Shown here piece by piece: positions 1-13,649 of a stretch of DNA of 64,000 bases. The notes beneath the pieces were generated by a model, which worked only from the letters and a program-made list of their open reading frames with translations, searched no databases and was not told the DNA's origin. The stretch's first letter is position 1; each line of letters starts with the position of its first letter. Made by a program: the position numbers and the translations under genes. The stretch spans positions 17,484,001 through 17,548,000 of the forward strand of contig JBHGNT010000016.1 of NCBI GenBank assembly GCA_043228905.1, written 5' to 3'. The stretch is from Azolla caroliniana (lineage: Eukaryota > Plantae > Polypodiophyta).

Positions 1-492
1 TTAATTACAATGTGTTGAGAATCAAGCTCAACTTGGTCTAGTGTGTGAACTCACCTTGAGAGTGAATAGACACTCCAATGGTCAAGAGTCACCATTGAGT
101 CACCTCTTTGTATTCTAGCATTTAGTATGAGTCATAGAATCATATTCTATGACACAACTTATGAGCTTTCACATTCCCCATGCTCCATGAGCCTTGTAGT
201 TAATGAAGAGAGAGGGTGACTACATAAAGCACCCTCCTCCCACCTTGTATAGTGTTGAGTCTTTCTCCTTTGCCAAATACTTAACCTTGCATATACTCTG
301 TCTTTGTCTTTGTCTCTCTCTATCTCATACACACATACACACACAGTTCACACCTATTCCGCTTCACAAGAATCCATCTCTTGACACAAGAATCCGATCT
401 ATCCGGACACTTATTTGGTTCTCCGTTCCAGATACCGATTCGGCTCTAGCTTATTCAGCCGATCCGGATCCAGTTAAGCTTGCCCGCTCAAT

Positions 493-2852
493 AGTCCTCG
501 AACCTAACGTCAGCCTCCCTGACAAATTCAATGGCTCGAGGGCACATCTTCACGGCCTCATCAATCAAATTGGGCTTATCATCCGCTTACAACCCCAACG
601 TTATGGTAGCGATTTCTCTCGGGTCACCATCATTGGCACCCTTCTTTCTGGGCCAGTACAAGCATGGTTGCACCATTGATCGAGACCTCATCCCCATTCT
701 TAGAAAACTTTCCTGCCTTCCTTGCGGAGCTTGAACCCACATTCGGAGAGACAGACTGGCGATGAACGGCACTCACGAAGCTCTATTCCTTACAACAAGC
801 TCTCGTCGAGCTGCCATCTATGCTTTAGAATTTCGTCAGATTGTGTGCGATGTCAGCTGGGATGACCAATCCTTATGCGACCAGTTCCGTCGAGGCCTTC
901 GAAACGATGTCAAGACTCTTCTTTAAACTTTCTGGAGCCCACATTGTTGTCTCCGGTAATCTCCCAAGCCGTTCAATGTGATAATCGTCTTTTAGGTCTT
1001 CCCATCTTCCTCTCGTAATGCTCCACTCACAAGGCCATATATATTAGTTTTGCCAAGCATGTCACGGTTTCCATCCTCCAATGATACTCATACCCAGATG
1101 GAGGTGGAACCCCAAACCCCAATGGAGTTCGACCATGCTCGGTTCTAACCATTAACCAATGCCCAAAGACAACATCAACGTGACAATGGCCTCTGCCTCT
1201 ATTGTGGTACCTCTGGCCATGTCATCCGCCACTACCCGGTGCGCGGCCCTTGTCATCAATCCCACCGTGCACGTCTTGCAAAGGTCTCTCGACAACTGGA
1301 AAATGACCAAGTCCGGTTGCAGTAGGAGTCATATTGCTGGACACTTTCCGTTTCCCTACTTCTCTGTGTTCGTACAATTCAGCGACGCCAACAGGAGGTT
1401 TTACTTTGCAAGTAAGTCTTTGTTTTGGGTCTACTTCAATACAATCCCATGCCTTGCTTGATTCTAGTGCATCTACTTGTTTCATCGATATCGCGTTCGT
1501 CTGAGCACATAAAATCCCCATGGTCCGCACACCACAACCATATTCGTTGAAGCTATCGACTGACGGGTTCTCTCCTCGGGGGCAGTTACCAAAACCACTA
1601 TCCCGTTGGTACTTGAAGTTGGGTTCCACCAAGAGGTATTAAAATTCTACCTCATTGCAACCCCTCGACATCCGATTGTTTTAGCGCTCTCCTCGCTAGA
1701 AACACACAATCCGGCAGTGGATTGCTGCAACCGCTCCATCACTTTTCCACAAACACTAGCGCAGGTCACGACTCCCCACCATGTTACTTGTGTGGGGGCT
1801 GCTTTCAGCTTGGGTGCACATTCTTCTAATTGCAACTCAGTCTCCGACACTACTGATTTCGTTGTGGCCGATTCTAGCTTTGTCGCTTTTGTGCCTGTTG
1901 TGTCACATGACGTCTCTATTCTTGTCACCAATTTGCCCGCAAGATATACCAACTTTTTGGATGTGTTCGAAAAGCAAAATGCAGACTGGTTACCGGCACA
2001 TCTCCCCTAGGATTGCCCAATCAAACTCCAAGATGACTCACATCCACCATTTGGGCCCATCTATGGGATATCCGAACTTGAACTTGAGGCTCTTCGCACA
2101 TATCTGGATGAAAACCTTGCCAAGGGCTTCATTCAACCCTCCAAATCACCGGCTGGGGCCCCATTCTTATTTGTCAAGAAGAAGGATGGCTCATTACAAC
2201 TATGTGTGGATTATTGTGGTCTCAACAAAATGACAGTATGTAATCGTTATCCCTCTCCTTTAATTCCAACACTCCTAGACCAACTTGGAACCGGGCGTAT
2301 CTTCTCCAAAATCGACCTTCATGGAGCCTACAATCCGGTGCGTATCAAGCCTGGAGACAAGTGCAAAATGGTCTTCCGAACACGCTAAGGACATTTCATG
2401 TACAAGGTGATGCCTTCCGGTCTCACCAACGCTCCCGTAGTCTTCCAACACATGATGAACAATATATTTCGGGAGTATCTCGATCACTTCGTGGTGATCT
2501 ACCTTGATGACATTCTAGTTTTTCCTTCCAACATAGAGGAGCACACACAACACGTCCGAATGGTCCTATCCAAACTTTGGGAACATGGGCTTTATGCCAA
2601 AAGTGAGAAATGTGAATTTGATCGGACCTTTGTCAAATTCCTAGGCTACGTCATTTGACCCTCCTGGATCACAATGGATGCGCGGGTCCCAACAAAATTA
2701 CGGTACGTAATCGTTATCGCTCGCCTTTAATTCCAACATTGCTTGACTGACTTCGAACCATGCGTATCTTCTCCAAAATCGACCTTCGTGGAGCCTACAA
2801 TCCGGTTCGTATCAAGCCTAGAGACGAGTGGAAAACGGTCTTCCGGACACGC
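493..2852 (+). mobile_element. Decayed Ty3/gypsy (chromovirus/Tf2-like) gag-PR-RT fragment
   Basis: Gag-like LPDKFNGSR..., protease-like CLLDSSAS, RT motifs [17 protein letters not shown] and VVIYLDDILV, broken by stops and frameshifts; 2690-2852 duplicates the RT segment near 2225-2385. Confidence 0.85.
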
Positions 2853-4032
2853 TGTCGCGAAAATACGACGAGGATACGTGAACTTTGAGGCAGGACCCCG
2901 GGGCCTCTGACCGGAAGAAATCAGATTCGTATGATTATATTAAACAATTAAAACAAAATGATAAAGATTCACAAATTTCATTAATAAAGGGAAAGAAAGA
3001 TTACAATCAATCTCAAGATTGAGATTACAAAAGTTTTATCTTAAGGAGATTGCTAGAATAATAGATTAGAAGAAACTAAGATATGGATTCCATAGAGATT
3101 TAGGGTTCTTGGCTTTGATAAGAGATTATGGTTATATGAGTATTATGGCTTCCGGAGGGAAGATTAGTGTTTTTGAGTGTTATGGCTTCCGTAGGGAAGA
3201 TTAGGGTTTGAGTGTTATGGCTTTCGTAGGGAATTTTGGGTTTATGAGAGTTATGGCTTCTCTAAGATAAGGGAGCTAAGAAGGAAAAGAAAAATAATGG
3301 AGAGAGAATATGAGTGTAGGAAAAAAAATGGAATTTTATATGGAGTTTTCCCTTGATCATCTGCATGTCCACTTTTTGTTGCCTGGCCTCTACTTTTAGT
3401 TGCTTAGCTTTTTCTTTTAGTTGCATCTATTTTTAGTTGCATGGCTTTTTCTTTTAGTTGCATGCGACCGTCCACATGACCATTACTTTTTCCATGCACT
3501 CCAACTTTAGTTGCTTGCGTCCACATGGCCTTTACTTTAGTTCTCTTACTTTACTTTAGTTTGTTGCATGATCCAATCTTCTGTCCGTCTGCGTCCAACC
3601 TCGTCAGGTAGCCGGTTCCGCCCGATCGCCGAATCCCTCGCCGGCTTTGCCGTCGGATCCGTTTGCTTACCGGCCGGTTTCTGGTTTTGCTTTCCACCCG
3701 GTTTCCAGTTTTGCTTGCCGGCCCGGTTCCAATTTTGCTTGTTCGTCGGTTTCCGGTTTTGCTTGCCAGCCCGATTCCGGTTTTGCTTACCGGCCAGTTT
3801 CCGGTTTTGCTTGCCGGCCCAGTTTCCGGTTTTGCTTGCCGTCCCGGTTCTAGTTTTAATTACCGGCCGGTTTCCGATTTTGCTTGTCGGCCCAGTTCCG
3901 GTTTTGCTTGACGGCCGGTTTCCGGTTTTTGGGAACTTAGCCACCATCATCCATCAAGACAAAGTGGCCAAAAGTGCTCTTAGCACAAATGAAAATGAGG
4001 GACTCAAGGTGCTTATATAGCAAGGGCCTTAA
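2853..4032 (+). mobile_element. TGTCGCG-family repeat, copy 1 (3'-truncated)
   Basis: Starts TGTCGCGAAAATACG like 20802; contains the same telomere-like and CCGG-rich tandem repeats; ends where a copia LTR begins. Confidence 0.85.
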
Positions 4033-4033
4033 G

Positions 4034-4441
4034 TGTAAAAGATTGCTTGTGGAAGGGTTAGAAAGAACAATACACAAAGAGAGAGAGAGAGAGTACACGG
4101 GAGAAACAGAGAGAGAGCAAAACACACTATTTTCCAAAATTATATGAATACTCTGTGCTTTATATCTACAATGCGCTCATCATCGCTATTTATACAAGTC
4201 CATACGGGACTGTTAGATGTACGGTGTACTTCAATGCTCACATGAGCATCTGACACTAACTACGAGACTATAACTGCCTAGTAGTCTAACCTATACTAGG
4301 CTTCCGGTTACGGATTGGATTCGGCATACCAGCTCCCCAGCTCACCGGTACTTACTGCTTACCGGCTCGGTTGCTCACCGGCATACCGATTGATCTCGCT
4401 TATCTAGCCGATCCGGCTCCGGTTGAGCTTGCCGCTCAACA
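4034..4441 (-). repeat. 3' LTR of copia element A1
   Basis: TG...CA ends; adjacent CTCCCCCTCAAG is the reverse complement of a PPT; homologous to 20480-22358 and 56955-57375. Confidence 0.85.
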
Positions 4442-7018
4442 CTCCCCCTCAAGCTCAACCTGAGGTACGGTCATAGTGTCAACCTCTGTGGCAGCCGGTT
4501 CTTCCAACCGACTTCTCCTGGCGTCGCTTCGCCTTGCTCGCACTCCTTGTCCGGTCTGGTCCCGTTTGTCGCGACCCCTTTGGTTCTGCGCGCCTCGACC
4601 TTCGGCATGTCTGCTCAATAGGCCCATCTCAGCTCCTTCGCTGCTATGACTCCGGCGCTTGCCGATCCGTCGGTTCCACCGCGATGACATCGACTTCCGC
4701 TTCGTCCGTGTCTCCTTGGCCTCTCGTTGATCTGACTCATCCGGATCCGTCTGTTGATCCAAATAGGCTCTCTCAGACTCGTTCCAACTCTTGTCCGAAT
4801 CGGTATCCTCCGATTCGATTTTCGGCTTCAGGCCTCTCACCACATCGGACCACGTCCGGGTCTTGGCCTTCTCCGTGCTTCCCTTGGCTTCTTCAGCCGG
4901 TTCACGGAAGTCAAATTCTTCATTCGACTCCGCATCATGGCCATTACGATCGTGATGACCTCCGCATAGCATGCACTTCTCTTCCTGAGTCTACACTTCT
5001 TCTTCACAGCCACTCACTCTGACCTTTTCGGATGTGCTGACTTCCTTCGTCGACTCAGCTTCATTTTTCTTCTTGTCTCCACCTCTACCGGTTCTTCTCT
5101 TACCTACGGGTTCAACAGTTTTTCTGCCTTTGCCCGTTTCGGTAGTGTCTTTGCCCTTGCATCTCCTCCTCAAGTGCGGCACGTCAAGATGCTGAACACC
5201 AAGCATTTCGGTAAAGTGCTGCAACTTGTCCGACCCGAGCAGTTTGGTGAAGATGTCGGCAACTTGCCGATCCGTGTGAATAGACCGTAGTTCAACTTCA
5301 CCGCTCAGGACCCGCTCACACACGAAGTGATAATGCACTTCTATGTGCTTTGTGCGAGCATGGAACATAGGGTTCTTGGCAAGCTGCATGCTGCTGAGGT
5401 TATTGCAGTAGATCAGGATCGGGATCGGTTCCTCGATCCGCAGGTCTTGCAGCAGTCGCTGAAACCAAATGGCTTCGCAAGTGGCAACGATCGTGCCCCG
5501 GTATTCAGCCTCAGTGCTAGATAGAGCCACTATTGGCTACTTTTTGCTGCTCCACGCAACAAGTGCGCTCCCAAGAGAAAACATAAAGCCGGAAGTTGAG
5601 CGACGATCCGTTGCATCGCCAGCCCAGTCGGCATCCGTGTAGCCAACAAGCTCTTCGGTTATACCTTGTCGGTATAAGAGCCCCCGGTCCTTAGTGCCGC
5701 TTACACTAAACCCTAAACCCTAAACCCTAAACCGGTTGGCTTCTGCATTAATTGGCTTACCACTCCGACCGGATAGCTAATGTCGGGTCGAGTGATGGTC
5801 AAGTAGATTAGGCTTCCAACTATTTGTCGGAACCTTTTCTCATCGCAGGCTAGTCCGGAGTTGGGACGGATCTTCTGATTCCGGTCCAAGGGTGTGGAGA
5901 TAGGTCGGCATTCCACCATGCCGAACTTGTACAATATATTCAACACATAATGGCGTTGAGAAAGCAATATGCCTTCGGGGGTGCGGATGACCTCGATCCC
6001 CAAAAAATATTGAAGGTCCCCCAAGTCCTTCATATTGAATGCGTCCGACAACTGGGACTTGACGCGGTTGATTTCCGGAAGACCTGGGCCGGTGATGACT
6101 AAATCATCAACATAGAGTAAGATACATACCGGACTGTTTGGGCCTTGACGGATGAACAGGGAAGAGTCCGACTTAGAGGCAACAAACCCCATCTTTCGCA
6201 ACCGGTGCGTGATCTTAGCATTCCAAGCACGGGGGTCTTGCTTCAAGCCGTACAATGACTTCCTCAGCCGGCATACCGCCGACTTGTCACCTCCGATTAA
6301 AATCCAGGGGGCTAAGTCATAAAGACCTCTTGTTCAAGATCTACTTGAAGGAAGGCATTCTTCACATCCATCTGATGAAGATGCCACCCCCTTGCCGCAA
6401 CAACCGCCAATACCACACGAACCGTCATCATCTTCGCTACAGGAGCGAAGGTCTCGTCGTAGGTGATTCTGTGGGTCTACGCATATCCCTTCGCCACTAA
6501 TCGGGCCTTGTACCGGTTAACTGTACCGTCGACATTGTACTTTACCTTGTACACCCACTTGCATCCGATCGGTTTACAGTGACGGGGAGGGTCAACCAGG
6601 TCCCAAGTTCCGTTGGCATCCAGTGCCCGCATTTCTTCCTCCATAGCAGCACGCCAATTTGGGTCCTTTGCCGCTTCTGCGTAGCTCTCCGGCTCACGCA
6701 CTTCCGTGACCTTGGTCATGTACACATAATGATGCGCCATGTACTCGTTATACCCGTACCGTTTAACGGGATCCTTCTTGCGGGTGGATTGGCGTAGCTC
6801 ACCATTACCCGGTATGAGACCCTTATTGGCCGGTTCGCCCTTTGTTCCCGAAGATCTGCCTATGTCCTTGCCGAAGTCAGATACGGACCGATCCGACTCA
6901 TCATTGCCAGTCTCGAATTCCGGCATCTTCTGCTTCCCTTTCTCTTTGCGTGTGAACCGTATCCTCGATTCCTTGCGCGGGGAGAGCACGACAGAGTCTC
7001 CATTTTTGCTCTTGGGTC
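4442..7018 (-). pseudogene. Copia A1 pol remnant (RT, RNase H, C-terminal extension)
   Basis: [60 protein letters not shown]. Confidence 0.92.
5706..5732 (+). repeat. Interstitial plant telomeric repeat (CCCTAAA)n
   Basis: CTAAACCCTAAACCCTAAACCCTAAAC inside the copia RT; absent from the paralog at 23596-23632. Confidence 0.9.
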
Positions 7019-8367
7019 AAAGCATGCTATGGTGTACCAACTTTTGGCCAAAAATTTAGTACTAAATCGAGGAAAAAAAATAAGCATTAAAAATTGAAAA
7101 TAAAACAATTATCGTCTATTGAATGGTGTTCAACTTCAAATAACAAATTCATTATGTCACACTCGAATGTACAAAGATAATATATGTCACACTCGAAATG
7201 TCCCAAGGCCGTATTTAATACATTAATTGTAACCTCATTCTCCTAGGTAGAGTTGTACAAAAGCACACCTGGAGAAGGTTTGGAATGTGATAGTTGGTCA
7301 GTCTCTCTCTCTCTCTCTCTTTGTTCTGTCTCGAAGTTGTCAAACAGACAGAGGCAGAAAGTTAGAAAGACGACACATATCTATTACCTATCTCTCTCTT
7401 TCTATCTCTCACTCCACCTTTGAATCTCTGTTTCTTTCTTTCTTTCTGTTTCTCTCTCTCACTCCACCTTCGATTCTCTATTTCCCCGCGTAGTTGTTGT
7501 GTTCCCCTCTGTGCCAGGTTCAATCTTTGTCTTTGTATATGCAAAGATTTTTGTTTCCCCGGATTGATGTTCTTGTTGTTGATTTTCTTTCCTTGTGTAT
7601 GCTCGTTTGTCTCCTCTACAGCAGCCTCGTCAACAACCTCTTGCATATAGGTGATTTTGAAGGCTTAGTGTGCTCCGAAGGTGTGGTTACTCTGCCTTCG
7701 ACCTTGGCTCCATCTACCTCCAACTAGTATGTTATCGTTTTCTCTTTGTTTCCTGTCCGTCTGTTTTTAATTTGTATGTGTATGGGCATTTTTAGGTTTT
7801 GATTATTCATAGTCTATGTGTTGCATGCCCAACTGGTATGTTTTCATTTTATTTGTGTTTCCTGTCTATTTGTTTTTAATTTGTATGTGTTTGACATGGA
7901 TGAGTTTTCTTCCGACTGTTTAGGGTGGTTGTGTATTTGACATGGTTTGTACATGCAACTTAGATGGAGTTGGCTATGATGAGTTGCTATGTTTTCGTTT
8001 TGTTGGTATGTTTTCGTTTTCTTTGTGTTTCCTGTCTGTCTGTTTTTAATTTGTATGTGTTAGACATGGATGAGTTTTCTTCCGACTATTTAGGGTTTTT
8101 GTGTGTTTGACATGGCTTGTACATGCAATGTGATGATTTTCTATGTGTCGATGGTAATTTGATGAGTTTTATTCTAGTACATGCATATTCATTCAACGAG
8201 AATAGTGATGACTAGGACAATGATGAGAAGTACACCCATAAAGAAGACATCGATGAAAGAGAAAGTGAAGACACCAGTGAAGGAAGGAAAAAGGACACCT
8301 CTCAAAGAAAGCAAGAAGACACCCACAAGAGAAAGGGTGATGAATTCATCAACACAGAGAAATTAGA

Positions 8368-9520
8368 TGTACCACTCCATCATTCGAGACACACCTCTCG
8401 GATAGAGTTATTTCCTTCGAGCACGACCTGAAGTTTATCCTAAGCTGAGAGAGTGGTTGATAAAAACCTAGGGGTCAGCACATCCCGATACAAGGCGAGG
8501 ATTCCACATAAGTGGATTGAAGAGGGAATATGTGAACTTATTGAAGACGAGATATGAACATGTTTATGATACAAATCAAATCTATAACAATGAGGTGGGT
8601 ACTGTTTTTGCACGTGCATTTGCATGTGAAGTTCACGGTGGCATCGACGTAGATTGGGAAGATTTTAATCGACACCGGTCAGAACATTATAAAGGGTCCT
8701 CCAGTACCAACACTGGCTTGAAGTCATCAAGAACCTCTCATGTGGATATTCCGGCTACAACACCTGTCCACCAAGTTCAATCTGCAAAGGTACGGGCCAC
8801 AATGACTGAAAAGAATGAACAAATGATGGCCAATTGCATAGCATCTATGAGCTTAAGAATACAAGCACTACTTGTTGATTTGGAAGCAGTTAAATCAGTT
8901 AAGATACAGGCAGAAAAGAAATTCTCTTGATTAAAGCCTACATATGAATGGATTGCATCGACAATCCAAAATTCAGAAAGTGAGGTGTTGAAAGAGGAGT
9001 TGAAGAAAGAGCTAAACAATATGGGCACTCAATTAGGTTCACAAATGAGAGACCTTGATACTTGTAGGAATGCACATTCCGAAATAGATAATAAGTTGTC
9101 AGCTTTAAAGTTGCATTCCGAGAACCTTGCGTGCTTGATGCAGGATTTAAAACAAAAAGGTTTTGAAACTTTGTGTCCATCTGTAATTGAGCACCCAAGT
9201 GGTATGGAAAGTACCATTACTAGTATAGCTATATCACGGTATTGGCTTTAAAAGTTATTTATTTCTACTTCTGTGGTATAAATATCATATTAGCTAATAT
9301 ATTATAACTTGTGTTTGCAATTTGCCAGCTGTATATCTTGTGGCCTCGGATTCAAGCTGGAGGCTATGGATGTTGTGATTACACCGTGCTTGCACACATA
9401 TCATGTGTTATGTGCTAAGTATCATTTTGAGAAAGAGAATACATGTATGGACTGTAAAACTACAATTGCGGCTGAGTGGTACTATGCTTGGGGTTTAAAA
9501 GTACACCCGTACCGTATGTG
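8368..9520 (+). pseudogene. Coiled-coil plus RING-type zinc-finger passenger gene (spliced, with premature stops)
   Basis: Helical ORFs 8517-9251, then CISC...PCLHTYHVLC...CMDC RING-like pattern at about 9330-9455; GT/AG intron around 9200-9329. Confidence 0.65.
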
Positions 9521-10179
9521 GCTCTACTATTCTATTGTTTGTATTATATGATGTCAATTTACATTTGGATTAGAACTAGTGTACGCCACAATTCATACTT
9601 CAAATTTAGGAGAACAATGGATTAGTATTAGTGTATCTTTAACAACTAATATGTGGGTTAGTATTGGCAGTACTCTTAATATATAATTGGTATGTGTAGT
9701 TGAAGGGATATTTTCCAGAATTAGTACTAAAAGGGAACCAGGTACAACATTGTCCAATCTATATTGCAACTTGCCTAGTACTAGTTTAGTAGACACTATA
9801 CTTGTTGTACACTGTTGACTGTTAGTATTGTTTATGTAACTTGGGAATTAGTACTAGTTATGTAATTTGGGAACAAGGTGTATAGTAAATTGTTGAATAT
9901 TAGTACAATTTGTATAATTTGGAAATGAGGTGTGTCAAACACATATCACGTTTAGTACTAATACTGTTCAAGATTAATATTGTTGGTGTAATTAGTACAA
10001 GTTATGTAATTAGGTGTGTAGAACACATATCACGTTTAGTATTACTTGTGTGCAAAATACCACATTAGTACTAAAATCCAATCTACATTTGTTGGATTAG
10101 ATGTTAGTCCAATCTATATTACAACGTGCCTAGTACTCGTGTTAGTACACACTATACTTGTACATTGTTGACGATTAGT

Positions 10180-10745
10180 ACTTAGCGAGTAGTACATTGT
10201 TCATGATTAGTACTAGTTTTGTAAATTGGGAACTAAGTGAGTAGTACATTGCTCATGATTAGTACTAGTTTTGTAAATTGGGAACTAAGTGAGTAGTACA
10301 TTGCTCATGATTAGTACTAGTTTTGTAATTTGGGAACTAAGTGAGTAGTACATTGTTCAGGATTAGTACTCCTTGTGTAATTTGGGAACTAAGTGAGTAG
10401 TGCATTGTGCATGATTAGTACTACTTGTGTAAATTGGGAACTAAGTGAGGAGTACATTGTTCATTATTAGTACTACTTCTGTTCCTTATCAGTACTAGTT
10501 CAGTAATTTAGGAACTAAGTGAATAGTATATTGTTCAGGATTAGTACATTGTTCATGATTAGTACTATTTGTGTAATTTGGCAACTAAGTGAGTGGTACA
10601 TTGTTCATGACTAGTACTCCTTGTGTAATTTGACTAAGTTAGTAGTACATTGTTCATGATTAGTACTACTTGTGTAAATTGGGAACTAAGGGAGTAGTAC
10701 ATTGTTCACGATTAGTACTAGTTGTGTAATATGGGAACTAGGTAT
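10180..10745. repeat. AGTACT-rich tandem repeat, about 57-bp unit
   Basis: Repeated GGGAACTAAGTGAGTAGTACATTGTTCATGATTAGTACTAGTTTTGTAAATT. Confidence 0.9.
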
Positions 10746-11645
10746 AGCTTAATGAATTAGTAATGCAGCTCTTGTGACTTACATTGTATATTTTATATCA
10801 TGGTACTAACCTTGAAGGTTTTTTGGTTTCTTGCAATGAATGTTGTAGTGTCAAGCAACTCCACGCCAGGGAAGGTAATGGAACAACCAGCCCCTGTGCC
10901 TAAACCCTCGGTATTTGCTAAACATTCCAAGGTTCAGGGACCATCATTACCAATAACCTATGAGTTTTATGATGAAGATGAATGTACAAGAAGGGCCATT
11001 GGAGCAATGGAACATATGCTTTTACAAACAAATTCCCCAAGCTCCGGTCAACATCAAAACAATCTAGGTAACACAAATTTTGCCAACATATCTTAATTCT
11101 CATTTGAGAAAGTGTTGAATGCCTAATTTCTTTAGAAATAGAGCCAACTAAGAAGAGGAATGTTGCAAGAATGTTGTATGGAAAGGGCAAGAAAGGCAAA
11201 GTTGAATGCAATGGTGAGTCATATATGTTCTCACCTGTCCGGAGAGTTGTCAACCTATAATGCATTGTCTAATACCATGTACTTGTGTTATTAGCTGATG
11301 ACGAACTGATCTTTGGTGAGGGAGATACGAGTCCAAAACCTAATCGTGAAGACGAATTTATCACACTCCCAAGTACACGTCAAAAGCCGGTTTTTTAAAA
11401 CAATGATTTAGATCATAACAACCCTATGATAGTGTTGCTTTTGGTGCATTCTATAGATCATAACAACCATGTTGAGCACTTAGATGTTGTGGAGAAGATG
11501 ACCAAGCCTACCACTTGCAATGGGGTATCTACGGTCGTACAGTATGACGATGTAACAATAGGTAAAAAAGTGGCTCTTAACCCTACGTTCAATGTTGTTG
11601 GTATGTTTGCAAACTTTTGAGTATGTGAGTTGATACTAATATTCT

Positions 11646-12611
11646 TTGGAATCCCATTATTTAGGTTTACAAGAGCAGTCTGATTCCCAATTGCAATCAA
11701 ACGAATCGGGAACTATATGGAGCACAAGTGCAAAGTCAGATTCTGGGATTAACCTTTGCACGGAGGCAGACTCTGGAAGCACATCTTCCACACATGAGGA
11801 CTCTGAGAAAAACGAAGCATTCATATTTGAAGAGCAGCTGGCATGTACAAACAATAATTTGTCTAAAGAAGCCCATGAGGAGTGTGGAAAGAATATGGCA
11901 AGTATTGAAGAGAAGACTGATTGTACTGAGAATGTATCTGTAGTGTCTAAAGAATCCCATGAGGATTGTGGAAAGAACATCGCTAGTACTGAAGAGGAGC
12001 CTGATTGTACTGAGAATGTGCTAGTAGTGTCTAAAGAATCCCATGAGGATTGTGGAAAGAACATCATTACTAATGAAGGGGAGCCTACTAGCATCACCCA
12101 TGAGGACCAGACAATAAAGACCACCCAAGAAGGGGAGCATGGTTCTCTTAAGAATGAGGTGATAGCCATCGTACAAGAGGAGTTGACCCAAGAAGGAGAG
12201 CACAATGGTCTTAAGAATGAGGTGACTATGACCAGCCAAGAGTTCGCTAGGAGTATTGTTGTAGCCCACATACATGAGCCTAATTGTACTGAGACTGAGC
12301 ATACTAGCAACAACATGAGTACTAAAATAGCCCACATTCAAGAGATGAGTGATAAATTTTCTATCGACAGTACCTTTGTGGATGTGTGTACAAGCATTGC
12401 AATTGCAGAAAACACAGTTGCTCTCTCAAGCTTGCCACTAGTACAAGGTGCCCGTGAATCCACGCCTGTCTCTGATGCCTCTTATGATGAAGTGCCACAT
12501 AGTCAGCTGATACCTAAAGGCTTTAAGATAAAGAAGAATGTAAAATCAGAAAAAACTAGCACCAACAACAAGTGCATTACAAGATCAGCCAAATTGCCCT
12601 CTAGTGCCTGA
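11646..12611 (+). CDS. Acidic, internally repetitive 321-aa ORF; probable last exon of the passenger gene
   Basis: SKESHEDCGKNI x3 and TQEGEH.LKNEV x2; preceded by an AG acceptor near 11664; no recognisable domain. Confidence 0.45.
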   Translation: MESHYLGLQEQSDSQLQSNESGTIWSTSAKSDSGINLCTEADSGSTSSTHEDSEKNEAFIFEEQLACTNNNLSKEAHEECGKNMASIEEKTDCTENVSVVSKESHEDCGKNIASTEEEPDCTENVLVVSKESHEDCGKNIITNEGEPTSITHEDQTIKTTQEGEHGSLKNEVIAIVQEELTQEGEHNGLKNEVTMTSQEFARSIVVAHIHEPNCTETEHTSNNMSTKIAHIQEMSDKFSIDSTFVDVCTSIAIAENTVALSSLPLVQGARESTPVSDASYDEVPHSQLIPKGFKIKKNVKSEKTSTNNKCITRSAKLPSSA

Positions 12612-13649
12612 TTGTCTTTCGATTGTACTTGAACTTTAGTTCAACTGTTAGTGATGTGAGAAATTGAACTATTTGGTATACCAAAATATTGTCTCATTTA
12701 TCTAAAATAATTATACCAGTGTCTTTCGATTGTCTTTCGATTTTACTTGAACTTTAGCTGAACTGTTAGGGATGACTGAAATTGAACTATTTGGTATACC
12801 AAAATCCAGTAGTTATACCAGTGTGAAATTCTATATTGCCAATTGCATAGAATGAAAATAGATTCTATTGTTAACTCTTGTAGTGTAATCTGAATTTCTA
12901 TATTACTAATTCTGAAATGATCTTTGGTGAGGGAGGTATGAATTTATCACACTCCCAGGTACACTCCCATGCAGCCATGATTGTGTTGATTACAAATAAA
13001 ATTCTATATTGTTAACTGAGATGTTATATACAGTTCGTTATACCAGATGAAGATTTAGAAGACTGGTATATACTGTCATGCAACCGAACTTTACATCAGA
13101 TGTATGTATCCGTCTAGCTGAGATACTTTGGGAGACTACTATGTATTACTTAATACTTGCAATTGACATTAGTACTAAACTAATATGTATATTGATACTT
13201 CGAAGTATGGTCTCCTTGAGTGCACATGGTTAGAGTTGAATAATGACTTGAGTGCACACAATAGAGACTTGATAGTTGAATAAGTTTGGGCCATATTTAG
13301 GCTACTAAGTATTCAAGACTTCACACCTTAAACCATAGAAACAAGCAACTCTATAATTACCATAAACACTGACAATACAAAAGTATTGAAGACTTCACAC
13401 CTTAAACCATGGAAATAAGCAACTCTATAATTACCATTAACACTTACAATACAAGCTCAATAAATAGTCTCAATACATCAAATAGATCGATTCATAATAC
13501 ATAATAGAAGAAAGGAATTATATCGATTCATTTGTCAATCATCAAAATTAATATATCAATACATCAAATAGTGAACTACAAGTGGATGTTTTTCAGTTTT
13601 CTGGTACAATGTATTGATAGGGTGACTTTCAAGCATTAAATAGAGAGAC

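Noticed and set aside
13-492. Copia-like LTR pieces at the window start
   Set aside because: Only the ends resemble family-A LTRs; boundaries and TSD could not be fixed.
3546-4020. ORFs with RFRFCLPA/GKQNR repeats (also 21511-22038, 30620-31169)
   Set aside because: By-products of stop-free CCGG tandem repeats, open on both strands.
8517-8670. Similarity of the passenger gene (AFACEVHGGIDVDW) to gypsy ORF2 (IATYEGIKVDW)
   Set aside because: Too short to support homology without a profile search.
11657-12337. Hydrophobic 226-aa antisense ORF
   Set aside because: Shadow of the acidic plus-strand ORF.
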